Assembly (NCBI GenBank): GCA_035249045.1
Contig: DATFGW010000104.1
Coordinates: 2,542-66,541, forward strand
Reading direction: 5' to 3'
DNA length: 64,000 nucleotides
Source: Gemmatimonadaceae bacterium
GTDB taxonomy: Bacteria; Gemmatimonadota; Gemmatimonadetes; Gemmatimonadales; Gemmatimonadaceae
A program made the position numbers and the translations under genes. The notes under the pieces were generated by a model. That model saw nothing but the letters and a program-made list of their open reading frames with translations, was not told the DNA's origin and did no database searches. This document shows, piece by piece, positions 55,401 through 63,722 of this stretch. Numbering within the stretch: the first letter of the stretch is position 1; every line of letters begins with the position of its first letter.

Positions 55401-55976
55401 GAGATCGACACCACCGCGCGCGAACTTTTCCTGCAGACCTTCGTGCAGGTGCGCGAAAACTTCCGCAACATCTTCATGACCTTGTTCGGCGGCGGTGAGT
55501 GCGATCTCCGCCTCGAGAATCCGGAGAGCCCGCTCGAGGGCGACATCGAGATCCACGCATCACCTCGCGGCAAGCGCACTCAGCGCATCCACCTGCTCTC
55601 GAGCGGAGAGAAAGCGCTGGTGGCGCTGTCGCTGCTGTTCGGGATATTCCTCACCAAGCCGAGCCCGTTCTGCCTGCTCGACGAGGTCGACGCGCCACTC
55701 GACGACCAGAACATCGGTCACTTCGTGCGCATGCTCAATCGCTTCAAGAACAGAACCCAGTTCATCGTGATCACCCACAATCCGCGCACCACCACCGAAG
55801 CCGCCGACGCCGTTTATGGTGTTACTATGCAGGAGCCCGGCGTCTCATCCCTGGTAAGCGTACGCATGCGCGGCCGCACCGTCGACGAGACGATCAGTCC
55901 CGCGCATCCAGCGCACACACCACAGCTGCACGACGAGGCCGCCGAAGCCGCCGAGCCAGCGTCAATTACCGCGTAA
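52407..55976 (+). CDS. smc: Chromosome segregation protein SMC
   Basis: GFKSF, GPNGCGKSN Walker A, long coiled coils, hinge region, LGPVN, LLDEVDAPLD Walker B, ITH. Confidence 0.94.
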   Translation: MRLTKLEIHGFKSFADQTEMLFEPGVTAIVGPNGCGKSNVSDAVRWVLGEQRARALRGAKMEEVIFQGSSARRAVNLAEVSLHFENDDGALDIPFREVVITRRLSRSGESDYFLNGAACRLRDIHDMVRGTGLGADSGVVIEAKMVDALLSDRPDDRRELFEEAAGVGLYRDRKRSAERRLEETTVDLARIDDLIAEVQSQVRSLARQRKRAERHTELMSRRFTLEVAHASREMAAWRDELARLEERVTALRVEVPAGEQRLREAEAARDAALNERTTAEARRTELARLVSDQRESTQQLRGEIAVAEERLRNAMSRRERAEEERREGDAVAGRVSTEMERAAAELAALEEALRAADEALAGHARREEEVRSNLSIARSSLEQGERALRELREELHRALLDRQSGEREREELTGRRTTLETELTHLFDAAEAARRDLAAVEDAASIAATRLAETGAAADEARDALEAARERESAARADLLRAEELHTALSAKLNALEGLERERVGLAPAAARLLKERAIFGEGAVLGPLSDFISADAAAAGLVERFLGPTVNAVLVRDRNVADAIRTWHASATPGPLLLLPLDSVNGDSATSTGNPDLAALVESASPAAGWVRSLLGRVTSMESGSAFVDARGAIWLPAAESGPGPLRRRAEITELKQAVLNSAASRHTATVNAETERAALAAAERAAVVAQEAASQAARANAEAADRSATVARQHQRAAREAAEARALIERLTERETTTAERIEKLATAAAEIEARIAAHETAVGAARDVLASAEHSQEEAREQRTASQIRRAQAQAQLEVASDRHRHLRDEFASATGRLESLQIELTTLSSADAQLTEQVSQWQSDLDARQSTLEDTEQKLADAERAVHDIDERFSSEEHLLSELRRNVSVASEELHAAELRYTELSGKRAAIRERLEAEWKKPVDELLAGAETLELDDETLRSEAALVREQLDALGPVNPLAIEEHEEETRRLGFLTTQRDDLNSAKASLQQAIREIDTTARELFLQTFVQVRENFRNIFMTLFGGGECDLRLENPESPLEGDIEIHASPRGKRTQRIHLLSSGEKALVALSLLFGIFLTKPSPFCLLDEVDAPLDDQNIGHFVRMLNRFKNRTQFIVITHNPRTTTEAADAVYGVTMQEPGVSSLVSVRMRGRTVDETISPAHPAHTPQLHDEAAEAAEPASITA

Positions 55977-57017
55977 ATGCTAGTAGTCATGCAACACGAC
56001 GCGACGGCGAAAGACGTCGAGCGCGTCGTCAGTATCATTCAGGAAATGGGCTACGAGGCCCGCCCGATGCCCGGTGCGCAGCGTACCGCCGTCGGCCTCG
56101 TTGGCAATGACGGCCGCGTCGACTCGTCGCGCCTCGAGGCACTCCCCGGCGTCGCGCAGATCATTCACGTCACTCAACCGTACAAGCAGGTATCGCGGGA
56201 ATGGCGTGCCGAGAACACCGTCGTCGAGCTCGCTCCCGGCGTCACGGTTGGCGGCGACAGCGTCGTCGTGATCGGTGGGCCCTGCTCCGTCGAATCGGAG
56301 GAGCAGATTTTATCAGCCGCACGGATGGTGAAGGCGGCAGGCGGGACCGCCCTGCGCGGCGGCGCATTCAAGCCCCGCAGCTCGCCGTACTCCTTCCAGG
56401 GCCTCGGGGAAAAGGGATTGAAGCTTCTCGCCCGCGCAGGAAAAGAGACGGGATTGCCTGTCGTCACCGAGGCGATGGACTCGGAAGGAGCGAAGCTCGT
56501 CGCGGATCTCGCCGACTGCATCCAGGTCGGTGCGCGCAACATGCAGAACTACTCCCTGCTCAAGACCGTGGGCAAGCTCAAAAAGCCGGTCCTGCTCAAG
56601 CGCGGAATGGCGGCGACCATCAACGAGCTGCTGCTCAGCGCCGAGTACATTCTGGCGGAAGGCAACGAGAACGTGATCCTCTGCGAGCGTGGAGTGCGCA
56701 GCTTCGATCCCGCTGCCCGCAACATGTTCGACCTCACCGCGATCCCGATCGTGCACAGGCTGTCGCATCTTCCGATCATCGCCGATCCGAGCCACGGTAC
56801 GGGACTGCGCGACAAGGTCATCCCGATGGCGCGCGCAGCGATCGCAGCCGGGGCGGATGGTGTGATGATCGAGATGCATCCCGAGCCGGATCGCGCGCTC
56901 TCCGATGGCGCACAATCCCTCTACCCCGACCAGTTCACCCAGCTCGTGGGCGAGCTTCGAGCCGTCGCCGCGGCGATTGGGCGTAGCGTACCTTCGGCAA
57001 AATCCGGAACGGCATAA
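55977..57017 (+). CDS. aroF: DAHP synthase (type I-beta with N-terminal ferredoxin-like domain)
   Basis: GPCSVES, RGGAFKPRSSPYSFQG, QVGARNMQN, LKRG, ADPSHGTG. Confidence 0.93.
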   Translation: MLVVMQHDATAKDVERVVSIIQEMGYEARPMPGAQRTAVGLVGNDGRVDSSRLEALPGVAQIIHVTQPYKQVSREWRAENTVVELAPGVTVGGDSVVVIGGPCSVESEEQILSAARMVKAAGGTALRGGAFKPRSSPYSFQGLGEKGLKLLARAGKETGLPVVTEAMDSEGAKLVADLADCIQVGARNMQNYSLLKTVGKLKKPVLLKRGMAATINELLLSAEYILAEGNENVILCERGVRSFDPAARNMFDLTAIPIVHRLSHLPIIADPSHGTGLRDKVIPMARAAIAAGADGVMIEMHPEPDRALSDGAQSLYPDQFTQLVGELRAVAAAIGRSVPSAKSGTA

Positions 57018-57039
57018 GGCCTGCCGGGTACGCTTCACT

Positions 57040-57705
57040 ATGAAAAACCTCATCTATCCGGTGGCGTTCGCCGTCGCCGCGCTGCCCCTCTCCGCGCGCG
57101 CGCAGAGCGCCGATGCAATCATCGATCGCGCAGTTGCTGCCTACGCCCGACTCAACAGCATGCGGGCTGAATTCCGCCAAACTCTGACGAATCCGGTGAC
57201 GGGAAACAGCCAGACGACGAGCGGCGTCATCCTGCGCAAGAAACCGAATCTGCTGAGCATCAGCTTCGAATCGGGCGACAGGGTCGCTGCCGATGGATCC
57301 ACGCTCTGGGTGTATTTGCCCAGCAGTGTACCCGGCCAAGTGGTGAAAATGCCCTATACCGGCGCCAATGCCAGCGCGGTTGATCCCGCCGAGCAGTTTT
57401 TGAACTCGCCAAGATCGCGATTCACAGTCGCGTCTGGAGGTGAGGCAACGGTGGGTGGCCGTTCTACCCACGTGATCACGCTCACACCCAAGCGCGCTAA
57501 TCCCAACTTCGCGAGCGCGAAGCTCTGGATCGATGACAGTGATTCGAGCATTCGGCAGTTCGACATCGAGACGCCGAGCGGTCTCAAGCGGCACGTCGTC
57601 ATCACCAGCTTCACACCTAATCCGAGTCTGGCCCGGACAGCCTTCCGCTTCTCCGTGCCGAAGGGCGCGAGGATCGTCGATCAGGCCAGCGGGATGGTGT
57701 TCTAG
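57040..57705 (+). CDS. lolA: Outer-membrane lipoprotein carrier LolA-like protein
   Basis: Signal peptide, AEFRQT, KKP, ADGSTLWVY, FRFSVPKGA. Confidence 0.75.
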   Translation: MKNLIYPVAFAVAALPLSARAQSADAIIDRAVAAYARLNSMRAEFRQTLTNPVTGNSQTTSGVILRKKPNLLSISFESGDRVAADGSTLWVYLPSSVPGQVVKMPYTGANASAVDPAEQFLNSPRSRFTVASGGEATVGGRSTHVITLTPKRANPNFASAKLWIDDSDSSIRQFDIETPSGLKRHVVITSFTPNPSLARTAFRFSVPKGARIVDQASGMVF

Positions 57706-57719
57706 CGGTCCTGCGGGAG

Positions 57720-58574
57720 CTACTTGCCGGACCTCACCAGTCCGGCGACGGCTGCCAGTTTTTTTGGATCCACGCCGCGCCGCTGCGCAATCTCCGCCGC
57801 CGCCGCTGAGAGAGTGCGATACACCTCGAGAGCGGCGGGATGGCCCTGCAGTGCCCGCAGGTGCCTGGCAACTGTCTCGGCGTCGCCCCGAATCACGGGA
57901 CCGGTGAGCGCGTCGTCGGGCAGCATCTGCTTCATGTTGGCCAACGCGCCGCTCATGAGACTCTCCACCGCCTGGTAGGCGCTCGCGTCGGGGATGCCGA
58001 CATCGTGGAGCAGATGTCCCGCGACCGAAGCGAGCACCACCGGAAAATTGGAGGAGATCACGGCCGCTGCGTGGTACGCCCCTTTTTTCCCGGGCGGAAT
58101 CTCCAGCACCCGCGCCCCGAGCTGCCCCGCCAGACGCCGCGAGGCGTTGCGCGCAGCAATGTCACCATCGACACCGATCCAGCCTTTGCGCAGCATCTCG
58201 GCTGAGACTTCGGGATCGCCGAACGGCACCAGCGGATGAAACGTCCCGGTCGGATAACCGGCGCCGCTGAATGTGGCGAGCGCGGAGGGCTCGGCGATCG
58301 CCGACGTGTGAAGGATGACAGTGCCGCGCGCAATTCGTCCATCCTTTGTCGCGCCCGATACCTCTTCCAGCGTGTCGTCGATCTGCGGATCGCGAACCGC
58401 GACGATTACGACGTTTGCGCGCGATGCGTCGGGCGGAATGGCGCCCGTCGAAGTGGCGACCCCCGATGGCCGCTTGCCGTGCAGTCCGACCACCTCGACC
58501 CCAGATGCGCGAAAGGCGCGGACCAGTCCGCGCCCAACGTGACCGGGGCCGATGACGAAGACGCGCTCGCTCAC
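57720..58574 (-). CDS. Rossmann-like / DUF2520 oxidoreductase
   Basis: IGPGHVG, HTS, FHPL, YHAAAVISSNF, LTGPVIRGD. Confidence 0.85.
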   Translation of the reverse strand: MSERVFVIGPGHVGRGLVRAFRASGVEVVGLHGKRPSGVATSTGAIPPDASRANVVIVAVRDPQIDDTLEEVSGATKDGRIARGTVILHTSAIAEPSALATFSGAGYPTGTFHPLVPFGDPEVSAEMLRKGWIGVDGDIAARNASRRLAGQLGARVLEIPPGKKGAYHAAAVISSNFPVVLASVAGHLLHDVGIPDASAYQAVESLMSGALANMKQMLPDDALTGPVIRGDAETVARHLRALQGHPAALEVYRTLSAAAAEIAQRRGVDPKKLAAVAGLVRSGK

Positions 58575-60217
58575 CGAGGCGGCCCGCCCGAGCTGAGCGC
58601 ATCGATCGAATCCGGCGGCGGGGCCATGGTCATCGCGCGCCGCAGAAGCTCGTGCTCGGACGTAGCCCCGCGCGCCAGGTCGAGCGCTTTCTGAATGACC
58701 TTGTCGGATGCTGCGCGTCGTCTGAACTCCGCATCCCCTCCAAACACGTAGCGGGCAATGTCGAAAGCGATCAGGCGCGAGACCAGCGGCTCGGCGTCGT
58801 CATATACGCCACGCGGGATGTCGATCCCACGCGCCTTCATACGCGTCCACACCTCTTCCCGCATCGCCGGCGTGACGACGAAGTCCGGGCCCGGCACGCC
58901 ACCGGTTCCCTTCAGGTACAGGGCGTAGTCGGTGATGGCGTCGCGGAAGTGACCGGTGTTGGCGCCCAGAGCGCGCATGAAGTTCGCCTCGTTGGCGGGC
59001 ACGGCTGAATCGCCGGCGATCACGTCGGGAGTGATGCCGCCGCCACCAAAAACGGTGCGCCCTGCATCGGTGCGGAACCTCTTGCTCGTAATCGGCGGCA
59101 GATCTTCCTCATCCTCGTCGTCGCTGGGCTGGCGCCGAGTGATGGAACGCCCGACCGGAGTGAACCAGCGCGCAGTAGTGATCTTGAGGCCGCCGTCCGA
59201 ACCGAACGACACGATAGTCTGAGCGCTTCCCTTGCCATACGTAGGCGTGCCAACGATCACCGCGCGATCATGGTCTTGAAGCGCGCCGGCGACGATCTCG
59301 GCGGCGCTGGCGCTGCGGCCATCGACGAGAACCATCAACGGCAGCTGCGGCCAGCGCTGCGTGGCAGTGTCGGCGTAGTCGCGATTGGCGTCGGGCACGC
59401 GTCCACGCATGCTTACGATGCGCTGGCCGGGATTGAGGAACAGATCGGAGACGCGAACTCCCTGGGTCAGCAATCCGCCCGGGTTGGTTCGCATGTCGAG
59501 AACCAGCGTCTTCATGCCGCGGCGCAGAAGGGTCGTGATCGCGGCGGAAAGCTCGTTCGCGGTCGAATCGCTGAACGCCTTGAGATCGATGTACCCGACG
59601 CCGTCGCCGAGCAGCGCGGTGCGGCGCACCGCGCTCTGGTGAATAGTCGTACGTTCCAGCTTGAGCTCCATCGGCGCGCTGATCCCGGGGCGTTCGATTT
59701 TCAAGGTGACGAAAGTGCCGGCGTTGCCGCGCACGGCCTTCGACGCTTCCTCATTGGTCCACCCTTTGGTCGACTTGCCGCCGATCTCGATGATACGATC
59801 GCCAGGCTGTAGACCAGCGCGCTCGGCGGGGCCACCCGGCAGCGGAGCGACGACGATCAGCCAGCCATCGCGAAGGTCGAGTTCGACTCCCAGTCCCGCG
59901 TAATTGCCCGAAGTCGTTTCGTTGAGACGGGCAAACCGGTCGGGCGGCAGGAAGGTCGTGTACGGATCGCGCAGCTCGTAGAGCAGTCCATCGACGGACT
60001 TTCGGTAGAGTGCTGAGTCTTCGACCGGATCGACATAATCGTTCTCGACGCGGCGAAACACGCTCTCGAACAGCTGAGCGCCCTCGAAGGCGGTGAAGGT
60101 TCCGGTGCGGGCACCGCGCTGCAGCAGCCATCCGCCCGTAACCAGAGCAGCGAGCAGCGTTCCGACGACGATTATCGTGCGCGCACGCGCCGAAGCGCTG
60201 GGAAGTCTCAGCTTCAT
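58571..60217 (-). CDS. S41 C-terminal processing peptidase with PDZ domain (CtpA-like)
   Basis: DPYT, PDZ domain, DMRTNPGG, SASAAEIVAGALQD, GKGSAQ, GGGITPD. Confidence 0.92.
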   Translation of the reverse strand: MKLRLPSASARARTIIVVGTLLAALVTGGWLLQRGARTGTFTAFEGAQLFESVFRRVENDYVDPVEDSALYRKSVDGLLYELRDPYTTFLPPDRFARLNETTSGNYAGLGVELDLRDGWLIVVAPLPGGPAERAGLQPGDRIIEIGGKSTKGWTNEEASKAVRGNAGTFVTLKIERPGISAPMELKLERTTIHQSAVRRTALLGDGVGYIDLKAFSDSTANELSAAITTLLRRGMKTLVLDMRTNPGGLLTQGVRVSDLFLNPGQRIVSMRGRVPDANRDYADTATQRWPQLPLMVLVDGRSASAAEIVAGALQDHDRAVIVGTPTYGKGSAQTIVSFGSDGGLKITTARWFTPVGRSITRRQPSDDEDEEDLPPITSKRFRTDAGRTVFGGGGITPDVIAGDSAVPANEANFMRALGANTGHFRDAITDYALYLKGTGGVPGPDFVVTPAMREEVWTRMKARGIDIPRGVYDDAEPLVSRLIAFDIARYVFGGDAEFRRRAASDKVIQKALDLARGATSEHELLRRAMTMAPPPDSIDALSSGGPPR

Positions 60218-60224
60218 TCCTTCT

Positions 60225-60890
60225 TTAACTCCGGATACCGCCGAAAGGTTGCGGGAACTCGGCAGCCAGGACGGAGACGATGCGCCGGTGCACCGCTGTT
60301 TTATCCCCGCTGCCGTCTATCAACTTGATCGGTCCACACTCAGGATGGGAGTCCTGCCACTTCCGCTCGGCAAACGCACGGAACGCGCCGTTTACCCGCC
60401 GATGGAAATCGTCGCTCGCATTCTCGATCCGGTCTCTGGCCCCGCGCGCGTCGGCGCGGCCCAGGCCCTGATCGGCACTGACGTCAATGAGAAGAGTCAA
60501 ATCGGGAATAAGTCCTCCCGTAGCCAGGCGGTTGGCCGACCGGATCTGCGCCTCGTCCAATCCGCGGCCGGCGATCTGATACGCGTAGGTCGACAGAAAA
60601 AACCGGTCAACCAGAACGATCACGCCATCGTTGAGCGCGGGGCCGAGCTCGCGTGAGACGAGCTCGGCACGCGATGCCATGAACAGCAGCGCTTCCGTCG
60701 CGGCCCCGAGCTGCTTTTCCGGATGCAGCAGGATCTCCCGAATGTCGTCGCCAACCGGAGTTCCACCGGGCTCCCTCACTCCACGCGCCACAATGCCGGC
60801 GGCGGCCAGGCGCTCGGCAAGCAGCTTGATTTGCGTGGTCTTGCCCGCGCCCTCGGTGCCCTCGAAGACGATGAGCTTGCCGCGCGGCAT
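60225..60890 (-). CDS. tmk: Thymidylate kinase
   Basis: FEGTEGAGKTTQ, REPGGT, DRFFLSTYAYQ, PDLT. Start placed at MPRGKL. Confidence 0.94.
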   Translation of the reverse strand: MPRGKLIVFEGTEGAGKTTQIKLLAERLAAAGIVARGVREPGGTPVGDDIREILLHPEKQLGAATEALLFMASRAELVSRELGPALNDGVIVLVDRFFLSTYAYQIAGRGLDEAQIRSANRLATGGLIPDLTLLIDVSADQGLGRADARGARDRIENASDDFHRRVNGAFRAFAERKWQDSHPECGPIKLIDGSGDKTAVHRRIVSVLAAEFPQPFGGIRS

Positions 60891-60892
60891 CT

Positions 60893-61246
60893 TCAGGAAA
60901 GAGTGATGATCGGACTCGCCGCGCCCTTCTTCATCCCGTCCATGATCCACTGATTCACGCGCAGCATCAGCTTGTCGAAGTTTTCCTGCGCAGCGACGGC
61001 GCGCTGATATGCGGCCTGAGCCTGAATCTTCTCGAGCATTGAGTCGAGCTGCTGCTCCATCTCGGGTGTCGGATTCTCACCGCGCTGAATCAGCTGCTGC
61101 GCATCGCCGCGAAGTTTTTCCATCTGCTGAAGCAGCGTTACGGCATCCTTGTCGTCGTTCAGCGACTCGCTAGAGCGCTTTAGCGCCTGGTATTCACTGC
61201 TTTGACCGATCAATCGACCCAGCTCCTTCGCCTTGTCCTCTAGCAT
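60893..61246 (-). CDS. YlbF/YmcA/YheA-like (Com_YlbF) protein
   Basis: DKAKELGRLIGQSSEYQALK all-helical pattern, 117 aa; AAGGAG RBS. Confidence 0.7.
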   Translation of the reverse strand: MLEDKAKELGRLIGQSSEYQALKRSSESLNDDKDAVTLLQQMEKLRGDAQQLIQRGENPTPEMEQQLDSMLEKIQAQAAYQRAVAAQENFDKLMLRVNQWIMDGMKKGAASPIITLS

Positions 61247-61271
61247 TCTTTCTCCTTTAGCTTGAGCCGAG

Positions 61272-62171
61272 CTAGACGCGACGCGCGAACACGAATCGCT
61301 CGCGTCCGGTCAGGTCGAGCAGTACTTCGATGCCGTCGTAACGACCATCTACCGCGACCATCTCGGCGACGCTGCCGGCGCGGCGCGCATCGACCTCGAG
61401 CGCGATGAAGCCATCGCGCCGCAACACATCCGGCGCTTGACGGACCAGCTCGCGAGTGACAGCCAGACCGTCATCGGCCGAGAGGAGCGCGAGGCACGGC
61501 TCCCAATCGCGCACATCGGGTGGCAGATCCTCGAGCTCGCCGAAGCTGATATACGGCGGATTACAGACTATGCCGTCGAGTGTCTCGCCGTTGAGAGGGG
61601 CAAGCAGCGAGCCGCGACGAAACTCCACTGGCGACTTGAGGGCGCTGCCCAGCACGTGCGCGTTGGCGGACGCCACATCGAGCGCATCGACCGACACGTC
61701 CGTTGCGAAGACCTTGTCCAGCTCGGCCTCGAACGCCAGTGACAGCGCGATCGCGCCGGAGCCGGTCCCGATGTCGGCGAGAGTACGAGTTTCCTCGGTG
61801 CAGTGCTCCAGAACCCGTTCGACCAGCAGCTCGGTTTCAACGCGGGGAATCAGGACGCGCTCATCGACGTCGAGGGTGAGGTGCCTGAACGCGGCGCGTC
61901 CGACGGCGTAGGCGAGCGGAGCGCCGGCGGCGCGCTTCATCGCCGCGCTGATGACGGCGCGCGCGACATCGGGCGAAGCGTCGCTGACGGCGTTCGCGGC
62001 GGCCCAGAATTTTGGAACATCGAGCACCGCCGCGATGATCTCGCGCGCTTCGCGCTGTGCGTCGTCGATGCCCTCGGACTCGAGCATTGACGCGCAGCCG
62101 GTGAGGAGATCGCCGATCGTGCCGATCGGCAGCGAGGGCACGAAGAAAGGCGCCGCGGTCTTATTCGCCAA
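61272..62171 (-). CDS. prmC: Release factor glutamine methyltransferase
   Basis: VLIPRVETE, DIGTGSGAIA, NPPY; downstream of prfA. Confidence 0.93.
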   Translation of the reverse strand: MANKTAAPFFVPSLPIGTIGDLLTGCASMLESEGIDDAQREAREIIAAVLDVPKFWAAANAVSDASPDVARAVISAAMKRAAGAPLAYAVGRAAFRHLTLDVDERVLIPRVETELLVERVLEHCTEETRTLADIGTGSGAIALSLAFEAELDKVFATDVSVDALDVASANAHVLGSALKSPVEFRRGSLLAPLNGETLDGIVCNPPYISFGELEDLPPDVRDWEPCLALLSADDGLAVTRELVRQAPDVLRRDGFIALEVDARRAGSVAEMVAVDGRYDGIEVLLDLTGRERFVFARRV

Positions 62172-63225
62172 GCTTTTCCTCCACGTCGGCGACTCTCAGC
62201 GCTTCGATGAAGGGCTCGATGTCGCCATCAAGTACCTTGGTGAGCTCGTGCAAGGTCAGATTGATCCGATGGTCGGTGACGCGATTCTGCGGATAGTTGT
62301 AAGTGCGGATCTTCGCCGATCGATCACCAGTGCCGACCTGGGTCCTGCGCATGCGGGCGCGCGCCGCTTCCTGTTCGGCAATGCGCGCATCGAGCAACCG
62401 GGCGCGCAGGACTTCCATCGCCTTGAGCTTATTCTGCAGCTGGGACTTCTGGTCCTGCTGGCTGACGACGATCCCCGTTGGGATGTGGGTTATCCGCACC
62501 GCGGAGTCGGTGGTATTGACGCTCTGCCCGCCGGGGCCTGAAGAGCGGAAGACATCGATGCGCAGATCCTTGTCTTCGATCTTTAGATCGATCTCCTCGG
62601 CTTCTGGAAGCACGGCGACGGTTGCGGCTGACGTGTGAATGCGGCCCTGACTCTCGGTGATTGGAACGCGCTGGACGCGGTGCACGCCGGACTCCCAGCG
62701 CATCGCGCCGTAGGCGCCTTCGCCCTTCACCTTGAATATCGCCTCTTTGACGCCGCCAAGAGTACCGTCCGATTGCGAGATGGTCTCAATGCGCCAGCGG
62801 CGGCCCTCGGCGAAGCGGGTATACATCCGGAGGAGGTCGGCGGCGAAGATCGCTGCCTCGTCGCCACCCGTGCCGCCCCTGATCTCGACGATCGCCGGGC
62901 GGTCGTCGAGTGGGTCGTGGGGAATGAGGGCGGGCTTGATGCGCTCGAGGAGTGCCTCGATGGCGGTTTCGAGTCGCAGGGCCTCGGCCTCCGCCTCCTG
63001 CGCCATCTCCGGGTCCTCAGAATCGACGAGCTCGCGGGTTTCCGCGAGCTCGTGCTCGAACCTGTCGAGTTTGTTGCCCATCTCGACCAGGGGCTGGAGA
63101 TGCCTGAGCTCGCGGCCCAGGGCAGCCATCCGCTGCTGGTCCCGTACGGTTTTTGGATCGGAGAGCTCGCGCTCTACCTCAGAGGCACGCTCGATGGCGT
63201 CCCTGAGCCGGTCTCTGAGGCTCAG
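62161..63225 (-). CDS. prfA: Peptide chain release factor 1, probable CTG start
   Basis: PxT specificity motif (VPIT), [17 protein letters not shown]. The frame stays open 32 codons upstream of ATG 63129, up to a CTG overlapping the rpmE stop, giving 354 aa. Confidence 0.93.
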   Translation of the reverse strand: MSLRDRLRDAIERASEVERELSDPKTVRDQQRMAALGRELRHLQPLVEMGNKLDRFEHELAETRELVDSEDPEMAQEAEAEALRLETAIEALLERIKPALIPHDPLDDRPAIVEIRGGTGGDEAAIFAADLLRMYTRFAEGRRWRIETISQSDGTLGGVKEAIFKVKGEGAYGAMRWESGVHRVQRVPITESQGRIHTSAATVAVLPEAEEIDLKIEDKDLRIDVFRSSGPGGQSVNTTDSAVRITHIPTGIVVSQQDQKSQLQNKLKAMEVLRARLLDARIAEQEAARARMRRTQVGTGDRSAKIRTYNYPQNRVTDHRINLTLHELTKVLDGDIEPFIEALRVADVEEKLGE

Positions 63226-63446
63226 GTTTCCGAGCTGGAGCCAGCGGCCTGCTTGCCGTACTTCTGACGGAAGCGCTCAACGCGTCCCGCGGTATCGACG
63301 AGCTTCTGCTTGCCCGTGAAGAAGGGGTGGCAGCTGGCGCAGATGTCGGTGTGAATCTCCGCCTGGGTGGATCTGGTCTGGTATGTATTGCCGCAGGCAC
63401 ACCGCACGGTGGCCGTAGCGTACACTGGATGGATATCGGGCTTCAT
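63222..63446 (-). CDS. rpmE: 50S ribosomal protein L31 (zinc-binding form)
   Basis: [27 protein letters not shown]. Confidence 0.96.
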   Translation of the reverse strand: MKPDIHPVYATATVRCACGNTYQTRSTQAEIHTDICASCHPFFTGKQKLVDTAGRVERFRQKYGKQAAGSSSET

Positions 63447-63599
63447 GTTCTTCTCGTGGTTTTCGTGGACAGCATAACAATTTAGCTAAAGCCGACTGCT
63501 GAAACAAGTTACGGAGCACCCAGGAGTTGCTGAACTGACCTACTACCCACACACGCCAGACCGTCCCCGTGGCGAAGCACCATCGGGCTGGACTGCAAG

Positions 63600-63673
63600 T
63601 TTGACAAACGCCAGAGCTCAAATTGACAAATAATTTTGTCAAACTGACCAGCCGCATTTGGTATGGTGGTTGC
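63600..63673 (+). promoter_or_regulatory. hsp20 promoter region: TTGACAAA repeat/palindrome plus sigma54-type site
   Basis: TTTGACAAA at 63600-63608; TTGACAAA-TAAT-TTTGTCAA at 63623-63642; TGGTAT-N5-TTGC at 63659-63673. Confidence 0.6.
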
Positions 63674-63722
63674 CGCCTAGGCATGCCGTCCACGTTGACC
63701 AAACCCAAAACAGGAGACGAAA

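Noticed and set aside
62161-63225. prfA pseudogene or programmed frameshift
   Set aside because: The missing N-terminus is in the same frame with no stop or shift; only the start codon is atypical.
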